From contig JAUWRC010000001.1 of NCBI GenBank assembly GCA_030610745.1, positions 1-31,783 on the forward strand: 31,783 nucleotides of DNA, read 5' to 3'. The position numbers and the translations under genes are program-made. The stretch's first letter is position 1. The number at the start of each line of letters is the position of its first letter. The stretch is from Clostridia bacterium. Its GTDB lineage: Bacteria; Aerophobota; Aerophobia; Aerophobales; AE-B3A. Shown here piece after piece: positions 25,881-31,783 of the stretch. The notes beneath the pieces were generated by a model that made no database searches, was not told where the DNA came from, and was given only the letters and a program-made list of their open reading frames with translations.

Positions 25881-27014
25881 TTATATCCGAACCCCCCACT
25901 TATTCATTTTGACGTATTTCATCCCACTACCGTCTAATTCAAAATATTCTGATTCTGAACAGGGTATACAGAACTTCTCTCCATCCTTTTCAACAATCCT
26001 TGCAGCCATAATACTTTCTCCACATTTAGAGCATATTATACTATCATAGATAGGTGCATAGTCTGGAATTTCTACTTGCACTTTTTTAACATTGAAGAGA
26101 GATTCGAAATCCAATTCAATAACTTCAAAAGAGACCCTCCTAAATAGTCCCGCTAACTTTCTCATATCCTCATCATTTCCTTTTCTCTCTACTACTACTT
26201 TCTGAAAAAGCTCTTTAGATTCTGGATATTTATTATCCCAAAGTGCATAAGCATCGGGCTTTAAGGAAATCCTCAGACCTTTACCGTCTCTTCTTGTAAC
26301 TGTCACTGCAGTTTTTCCAAAATCCCTGTATATCAAACCGTTATTGCCAAAAGTACAGCCGGTTACAAATTGGATACCATCACTGAAACAACTGTTGGTT
26401 TCAACTATGGCAAGCAACTTTTCCATTCCTTCAGAATGTATTCCAAGCTCTCTTAAGGAATAAGCCCCGGCAATGACACCAAAACTCAAACCTGGGCAGA
26501 AATGCCCGTGTATATCCCCTGCCTTCAATAGAAGAGTCTTTAGATTGCCACTCTTGATAAGGCCGTTTATCTCTGATCTTGGATTAGCCTTTTTATATTC
26601 TTGCCAGACCCTTATTTGCTCGGCTTCATCTAGAGAAGGGACATAAGGTTTTATATCCAAAACAGGTGTACCATCTAAAGCATCCAGGCCTTCGACCTTT
26701 AACTGCCTATCTTTTCTCTCAATGAGTCTAACTGTAGTAACACCGATACTACTTGGTCTTTTAGGGCTGCGAGAAGCAAATACTCCCTTGATTTGGCCGT
26801 CCCATACAGGCCCTTTGAGATTATACCCCTCTGAGAGATGAAAATTAAAAATAACCTGGATATATTCGTTTTTTTCAATACGATAAAGCCCTTCCTCGTA
26901 TTTTGGATCAATAATAATAATGCTTTCATATTTGCGCATCTTGGCAGGATCTGCTCTTTCTTTAAACTTGCTTCTAACTACACCGATAGATTGAAATTCA
27001 GCTATTTTTATCAC
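25881..27014 (-). CDS. TsaA/TrmO-like SAM-binding domain fused to an FmdE-family domain with Zn finger
   Basis: N-half: IGVVRS, IF.FHLS, GVFASRSP.RP..IG.T, LDG.PVLDIKPY. C-half: HGHFCPGL, VETNSCFSDGIQ..TGCTFGN, CSKCGE...CIPC. Confidence 0.88.
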   Translation of the reverse strand: MIKIAEFQSIGVVRSKFKERADPAKMRKYESIIIIDPKYEEGLYRIEKNEYIQVIFNFHLSEGYNLKGPVWDGQIKGVFASRSPKRPSSIGVTTVRLIERKDRQLKVEGLDALDGTPVLDIKPYVPSLDEAEQIRVWQEYKKANPRSEINGLIKSGNLKTLLLKAGDIHGHFCPGLSFGVIAGAYSLRELGIHSEGMEKLLAIVETNSCFSDGIQFVTGCTFGNNGLIYRDFGKTAVTVTRRDGKGLRISLKPDAYALWDNKYPESKELFQKVVVERKGNDEDMRKLAGLFRRVSFEVIELDFESLFNVKKVQVEIPDYAPIYDSIICSKCGESIMAARIVEKDGEKFCIPCSESEYFELDGSGMKYVKMNKWGVRI

Positions 27015-27774
27015 CTATGAACTCCTCTGGAATAACAAAGATTCCTTTTGAGTGATTTATAACCCTAACCTTTATACCATAAACAGCTTCTATATTTTCC
27101 GGGTTAAGTACCTCTAAACCTCCCGCAGCAAAAACTTTTCCATAATTTAACATTATAACCTTATCACTATATCTTAAGGCTAGATTTAGATCATGTATAG
27201 CTATTATTGCCGAAACCCCACTCCTTGTTTGTTCCTTTACCAGGTTTAAAACCTCTAATTGATGTTTTAAGTCTAAATTGGCTGTTGGCTCATCTAAGAG
27301 GAGAATTTTTGGCTCTTGAGCAAGTGCTCTACCTATTATAACCTTCTGCCTCTGCCCACCACTAAGTTCATTGATATCACGTAACGCAAACTCTTCTAGC
27401 TCCAGTGTCCCTATAACATCGGATACTACTTTTAAGTCTTTGGCTGCTGGTGCCCACCTGATGTACGGCTTCCTTCCCATTAATATTGTATCAAACACTG
27501 TCGAGGGAAAGCTTTTTCCATTACTCTGTGGGACATACCCCATTCTCCTGGCAACCTCCTCACTTCCAATGCCCTTAATATCCTTCCCATCTATCATGAT
27601 ACACCCCCGTTGGGGTTTTAAAATTCGATCGATACATTTTAGGAGGGTACTCTTTCCCGAGCCGTTTGGGCCAACGATTGTAAGAACTTCTCCACCCTCT
27701 AATCTGAAGCTAATATTATTTAATGCAGGTGCGCTGCCATAGCTAAATTTTATACCTTTGATTTCCAACTTCAC
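26998..27774 (-). CDS. FecE/BtuD-type ABC ATP-binding protein
   Basis: GPNGSGKST, YVPQ, LSGGQRQ and LLDEPT..LDLKHQ motifs. The GTG start at 27774 overlaps the permease stop (GTGA). Confidence 0.92.
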   Translation of the reverse strand: MKLEIKGIKFSYGSAPALNNISFRLEGGEVLTIVGPNGSGKSTLLKCIDRILKPQRGCIMIDGKDIKGIGSEEVARRMGYVPQSNGKSFPSTVFDTILMGRKPYIRWAPAAKDLKVVSDVIGTLELEEFALRDINELSGGQRQKVIIGRALAQEPKILLLDEPTANLDLKHQLEVLNLVKEQTRSGVSAIIAIHDLNLALRYSDKVIMLNYGKVFAAGGLEVLNPENIEAVYGIKVRVINHSKGIFVIPEEFIGDKNS

Positions 27775-28838
27775 CAGTATTTCCTCCCTTTTATCACTAA
27801 ATATATAAAGAGGGGTGCACCGAGGAAAGAAGTTAGAATCCCAACAGGAAGAACAATTGGCGAGATGATTGTTCTTGCAGCAGTATCTGAAACCAGCAGC
27901 AATATTGCCCCAATAATACATGAGGACGGTATTAGATACCTCTCGTCTCCCCCAATGATTTTACGTACAATGTGAGGTACTACCAACCCAATAAACCCAA
28001 TTATACCAATAAAAGAGACTATCAATGCTGTCACTAAAGAGGCAACTAGCATACCTCCAATTCTCACCCTTTCCACATTTACACCCAAACTTTTTGCAGT
28101 CTCTTCTCCACAGTTCAATGCATTGTAGTTCCACATATTATAGAGAAAATATATTGCAGAAGGGATCACCACTGCTGCGATTATCCATATATCGCTCCAT
28201 GAAGTCCTACCTACATCGCCAAAGGTCCAGAAGATAATAGATGAAAGTTGTACATCTTCTGCAAAATACTCCATGGCTGTGGTTCCAGCTATGAACAACG
28301 ATCCTATGGCCACACCGGTAAGAATCATTGTCTCTGGAGATGCTCCCTTATATTTGGCAAGTAAAATGATTATAAAAGTCGCTACTAAGGAAAACCCAAA
28401 TGCACACATCGTGATTATATATGGATTGTTCAGAATAACGGCATCAACACTGCTGCTTTGAATGGACCCAACACCTAGCACTACGATGGCGAATGCCGCA
28501 CCGAATGCCGCCGAATGGGATATTCCCAATGTAAAAGGCGAGCCGAGCGGGTTTCTCAGTATGCTCTGCATTGCCGCTCCTGATACGGCTAACCCCAATC
28601 CTGCAACTATTGCTGTAATAACCCTAAGAATACGTATCTTCCAAATTATGGTGGATATAATACCATCATCCTGGCCTATCAATGCTGCAATAACCTTAGA
28701 TACCTCAATACGAACAGAGCCCACACTAATTGAAATAATAACCATAAGGAAAAGGAGGGTCATTGAAATCAATACAAAGAGAACCTTTTTCTTTGTATGT
28801 GCTCTATAGCTATCCAGAATGCTCTCTTTACTAGACAT
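27771..28838 (-). CDS. FecCD/BtuC-type ABC permease
   Basis: RILR...A...G..LAVSG..MQ..LRNPL.SP..LG, GEETA.SLG.NV and GIIGFIGL.VPH motifs. ATG 28838 preferred as start. Confidence 0.92.
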   Translation of the reverse strand: MSSKESILDSYRAHTKKKVLFVLISMTLLFLMVIISISVGSVRIEVSKVIAALIGQDDGIISTIIWKIRILRVITAIVAGLGLAVSGAAMQSILRNPLGSPFTLGISHSAAFGAAFAIVVLGVGSIQSSSVDAVILNNPYIITMCAFGFSLVATFIIILLAKYKGASPETMILTGVAIGSLFIAGTTAMEYFAEDVQLSSIIFWTFGDVGRTSWSDIWIIAAVVIPSAIYFLYNMWNYNALNCGEETAKSLGVNVERVRIGGMLVASLVTALIVSFIGIIGFIGLVVPHIVRKIIGGDERYLIPSSCIIGAILLLVSDTAARTIISPIVLPVGILTSFLGAPLFIYLVIKGRKYW

Positions 28839-28860
28839 ATGCCGCCATTCTTTATCCTTC

Positions 28861-29937
28861 CTATTCGAGTTTTTTAAATCCTCCATATTTATCCTTCATA
28901 TCCGAATATACACCCTTTCCTAAGAAGTGCTGGTAAATATCGTCTGCCTTCTTTTCCGGATCTACATCGCTGAATCTATCAGGGAAAAGTACCTTTCCAA
29001 CGTAATATGCATCCGCTAACACTGTAGCGAAATTTGTTGCGTACCAATTATACGGCATAACGCCATATAGTTCCCCGTTTTTCACCGCTTCTATTGAATC
29101 ATATACTCCATCCTTTAAATCGTCCATTATGAGAGAGTAACCGCCTTGGTCTACGAATATTATTTCCGGATTCCATTCTAACAACTTCTCTTTATCAATG
29201 AATGCATGCTCCGTTTCTAGTTCACCGGCTACATTGTTAGCATTGACAAATACAAAGGGTGAATATTCCGGTTCGGTGGATAAAATCCCATGAGCGCCGC
29301 GGTAACCAATGCCACCAATATAGACCTTTTGTTTTTGATTGTTTGTGATGTCCTTGGTCCGGTCATTGAGAGCCTGAATAGTGTCGTCTATGTATTCGAT
29401 GAGTTCTTCAGCCCTGTTCTTTTTACCCATTACCTTTCCCACAAGCCTCAGGTTCTCGTAAAATGTATCCCTATTATCATCAAGGTCTCCATAATCCAGA
29501 GCCACAACTGGTATCCCAGTCTTTTCCTGAAGTTCATCAGCATCACCCACAGTAGTATACGTCCAGAATATTACATCGGGCTCTTGTGCCACAATAAGCT
29601 CTGCGTCACCACCATGTATAGGACCAATAGGAGGAAGGCTAGCAAGTTCTGGATGGGCAAAGTCATAGGGCTTATCGCCCCTTTGCTCGATATCCTCTAC
29701 CCCAACTATTTTATCGATACATTCGAGATATACAAGCAACCTTAATGCTCCTGCTTCGATGCCAACAACCCTATCCACTTTTTCAGGAATTTTAACAGCT
29801 CTATTGAGCATATCTTTGATCGACACCGTATTCTGGGTGATTTTACTTTCTTGACAGATACTCCCTATATACAAAAGTGCAGCTAGCACTACAGCCCCAA
29901 TAGCTACCGTTCCAATCCATTCTTTCTTAATTGTCAT
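28861..29937 (-). CDS. Periplasmic-binding-protein type III (BtuF/FepB-like) substrate-binding protein
   Basis: N-terminal hydrophobic anchor, D.LNRAV.IPEKV.RVV, E.IVA.EPDVI, LQEKTGIP, WNPEII and LADAYYVGKVLFPDRF motifs. Confidence 0.9.
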   Translation of the reverse strand: MTIKKEWIGTVAIGAVVLAALLYIGSICQESKITQNTVSIKDMLNRAVKIPEKVDRVVGIEAGALRLLVYLECIDKIVGVEDIEQRGDKPYDFAHPELASLPPIGPIHGGDAELIVAQEPDVIFWTYTTVGDADELQEKTGIPVVALDYGDLDDNRDTFYENLRLVGKVMGKKNRAEELIEYIDDTIQALNDRTKDITNNQKQKVYIGGIGYRGAHGILSTEPEYSPFVFVNANNVAGELETEHAFIDKEKLLEWNPEIIFVDQGGYSLIMDDLKDGVYDSIEAVKNGELYGVMPYNWYATNFATVLADAYYVGKVLFPDRFSDVDPEKKADDIYQHFLGKGVYSDMKDKYGGFKKLE

Positions 29938-30056
29938 TTACCCTACCTTCCTAGTAATTTTTTAATCTTCGTGTTATCCTTGTTCCAATACAACAACATC
30001 AAATACTGCTTTTACAAGCCACGAGTCACGGGCAACAGCTCACCATTCCTCATTTG

Positions 30057-30224
30057 CCATTGCGAGGAGTATGTAGCAGTGCGATTTATGGCACATTGTC
30101 ACTGCGAGGCGCCTGCCTGTGCAGACACGCAGACAGGGAGCCGAAGCAATCTCGAAAAAGCTGCAAGTTTCTGAAGAGTAGCGGTGCCATTTATGGCACA
30201 TTGTCGGATGAATCCGACCGCTAC
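30057..30224. repeat. Nested REP cluster: CGTC-type element(s) plus three GTAG palindromes
   Basis: GTAG copies at 30073-30100 (+), 30178-30203 (+) and 30200-30224 (-); the last two form an inverted doublet GTAGCGGT...ACCGCTAC. CGTC core TGTCACTGCGAG...GAAGCAATCTC at 30097-30153. Confidence 0.7.
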
Positions 30225-30242
30225 TACCCGCTATACGCTATC

Positions 30243-30662
30243 TTAGGCTAGCTCTTTCCCCGTGGTAGTCATAGTTAACTTGCCGTGCTTTACACCGCGA
30301 GTGCTTATCAGCTTATCAGCAATAGTCTTAATTTTATCCACTCTTCCCCTTACCAATAAAACCTCCAGACAATTGTCCTCGTCCAAATGCAGGTGCATAG
30401 TAGAAATGATAAGGTTATGGGAATGATGTTGGAGCTCAATCAAAGCCTCTGAAAGCCCTGGTGTGTGATGGTTATAGACAAGGGTGATTGTCCCTGCCAT
30501 CTCTTTTTTCTCTGTCTTCCACTCTTCTTCCACCAGATGACCCCTGATTAAATCTCTTACCGCCTCTGATCTATTGGTATATCCCTTCTTAGATACCAGC
30601 TTGTCAAAATTCTTCAGTAATCTCTTTTCCATAGATACCCCGAATCTTACTATCTCTTCCAC
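30243..30662 (-). CDS. nikR: Nickel-responsive transcriptional regulator
   Basis: RHH domain ([17 protein letters not shown]) plus the Ni site QHH.H...[16 protein letters not shown] 30662 after GAGGTG preferred; alternative start 30671. Confidence 0.95.
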   Translation of the reverse strand: MEEIVRFGVSMEKRLLKNFDKLVSKKGYTNRSEAVRDLIRGHLVEEEWKTEKKEMAGTITLVYNHHTPGLSEALIELQHHSHNLIISTMHLHLDEDNCLEVLLVRGRVDKIKTIADKLISTRGVKHGKLTMTTTGKELA

Positions 30663-30781
30663 CGTACTCACCTCACTTAGTTCATAGTTCGTTGTTCGTA
30701 GTTCGTAGAAAAAGAGGCGAAGAAACAGAGAAGCAAAGATGCAAGGAAAAATCTATGATGAAAACATACCAATTTCTCTAT

Positions 30782-30816
30782 TTCTTGCTTCTTGCTTCTT
30801 GCTTCTTGTTTCTTGT
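30782..30816. repeat. Heptamer tandem repeat in the nikR leader
   Basis: (TTCTTGC)x3 (TTCTTGT)x2. TAGTTCA TAGTTCG TTGTTCG TAGTTCG also lies at 30678-30705. Confidence 0.7.
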
Positions 30817-30937
30817 TTCTTACCACTTATAGCTTATAGTCGATGAACAATGAACTACCAGCGAGCTCATAAGAGCGAGCGTACTATGAACTATAAAACT
30901 TATTTTTATTCTGGATTCAATAATCCTTTTTCGCCTT

Positions 30938-30966
30938 TGTGTTACTATTTTTAATATGGTAACACA
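30938..30966. promoter_or_regulatory. Putative NikR operator
   Basis: Perfect palindrome TGTGTTAC-N13-GTAACACA upstream of nikR, overlapping a predicted -10. Confidence 0.72.
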
Positions 30967-30983
30967 GAATTGGAAAAAGTCAA
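30956..30983 (-). promoter_or_regulatory. Putative nikR(-ABC operon) promoter
   Basis: Minus strand TTGACT-16 nt-TACCAT with TG extension. Confidence 0.5.
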
Positions 30984-31183
30984 ATGGTCGAATGGGATAG
31001 TAAAAAATGAGATAATAAATGGGTAGGTTTATTAAAGGTCAGGCTAGAAAGGTGAAAGGAACCTTTTCTCTCAAACCATCTAAAAAAACCTGGCAGTAAA
31101 AATCACTAAGGACAAAAAAGCTTTCGAAACTTTCTTTTGGACTTTGGCGGCGAAGAAGTTTTATTTTTTTCTTATAACGATTA

Positions 31184-31296
31184 TTATGGCAAATGCTCTA
31201 AGTCTGTTAAATCTTTATGTCTTCCACTCGCTTTCTTGTTTTTTTGAGATCATCAATCGATAACACCTTTTTGTCGAGTCGTGGCAATTTGTACAT
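31184..31296 (-). pseudogene. Collapsed remnant of a putative two-gene nucleotidyltransferase TA-like module
   Basis: AAGGAG, then MYKLPRLDKKVLSIDDLKK. A one-base shift in an A7 run gives NKKASGRHKDLTDLEHLP*, resembling the 'K.A.GR.KD..D...L' C-terminus of small nucleotidyltransferases. Confidence 0.4.
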
Positions 31297-31392
31297 TTAT
31301 CTCATCTCCTTGAATTCCATGCCACAACGACAAAGCTCACCTGCTGCTATGGAGCGCAGCGTAATAGCGGTCAGGAGCAGCGCATTGTTAGG

Positions 31393-31572
31393 CTACTTCA
31401 GTCCTAAATATTTTCTAATATGTTTTACCAAGTTATTATCAATCTCCGTATGCCTTGGAATAGGTTGTTTCTTGCTCGTAGAAGGATTCATGTAGAGATC
31501 GTGATTAGCTCCTGGCCTTAAGAAAATACAACCATCTTTTATGAGTTAACGGACAAATTCTTTCCGCTTAAT
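31393..31572 (-). pseudogene. hicA: HicA-family mRNA interferase toxin, inactivated
   Basis: (ATT)KRKEFVR*LIKDGCIFLRPGANHDLYMNPSTSKKQPIPRHTEIDNNLVKHIRKYLGLK*, with the G..H motif and PIPRH.EI. Start is ATT and codon 9 is TAA. Confidence 0.8.
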
Positions 31573-31760
31573 ATAGCGATTTCTCTCATTCGATGTTCTT
31601 CTGGAACTTCATCCATAGCCATCAACAGGTATGCATCTCTATTATTTTCTTCTAATTTTTCGAGAGTCTCTCCCTGCGTCATAATTTCTGGATGTTCGAG
31701 AAGTTTCCCAAGCCAAAATTTTTCTCCCTTCCAGTAAATCATAGTCATTTTTGTCTTCAT
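31539..31760 (-). CDS. hicB: HicB-family antitoxin (short form, read-through C-terminus)
   Basis: W.GK..E.P.IMTQGETLE.LEEN.RDAY motif. AGGAGG lies 7 nt before ATG 31760. Confidence 0.82.
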   Translation of the reverse strand: MKTKMTMIYWKGEKFWLGKLLEHPEIMTQGETLEKLEENNRDAYLLMAMDEVPEEHRMREIAILSGKNLSVNS

Positions 31761-31783
31761 GGTCATTCCTCCTGTAAATATTG

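Noticed and set aside
27775-27921. N-terminal 49-aa extension of the ABC ATPase in the ORF track; similar extensions for the permease (28886), ABC ATPase (22742) and 6TM protein (25099)
   Set aside because: They overlap the upstream gene or lack an RBS. Downstream starts give normal domain boundaries and coupling.
29971-29997. Second NikR site upstream of the SBP
   Set aside because: Only one half site (GTGTTAT). The partner at 13 nt spacing matches 3 of 7.
30073-30224. CRISPR-like array of GTAG repeats
   Set aside because: Copies are in mixed orientation with irregular spacing and no cas genes. These are REPs.
29940-30240. Possible cobalamin riboswitch before the BtuF-like gene
   Set aside because: I could not find the B12-box/AGGGAA...GCCACTG pattern, and the structure is explained by REPs. 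An Infernal/Rfam scan would be decisive.
31217-31495. 92-aa plus-strand ORF
   Set aside because: Antisense shadow of the hicA pseudogene and the TA remnant, which explain the region better.

Overview
31.8 kb of AT-rich chromosome from an anaerobic bacterium. The URO-D paralogs, Rnf, CooC remnant and REP-rich spacers resemble Ca. Aerophobetes-like sediment lineages, but that placement is inference only. Left end: two URO-D-family genes around a truncated beta-propeller gene, a PHP phosphoesterase, and a 1.2 kb repeat-bracketed patch of remnants (orphan nuoE-like gene, MNT stub, DUF2283, internally deleted cooC). Middle: a minus-strand accD-fdx-ispG-rnfA-rnfB run, a plus-strand housekeeping run (half glmU, leuA, pheS, divergent ftsZ, DUF2273-like, fumarase beta, rph, an rdgB-coaE fusion, polX, a glycerol-dehydrogenase-like gene) and an uncharacterised four-gene ABC-2 operon. 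Right: a 7.8 kb nickel-themed island (larB, larC, a His/Asp pseudo-symmetric membrane protein, a TsaA-FmdE fusion, a FecCD/BtuCDF-type ABC importer, nikR with a palindromic operator over its promoter), then decayed toxin-antitoxin genes including a hicA knocked out at its start codon and at codon 9. Most spacers carry 7-nt periodic arrays and GTAG- or CGTC-type REP palindromes. No rRNA, tRNA, CRISPR array or intact transposase was seen. The best novelty candidates are the nickel island with its unknown membrane protein and the four-gene ABC operon.
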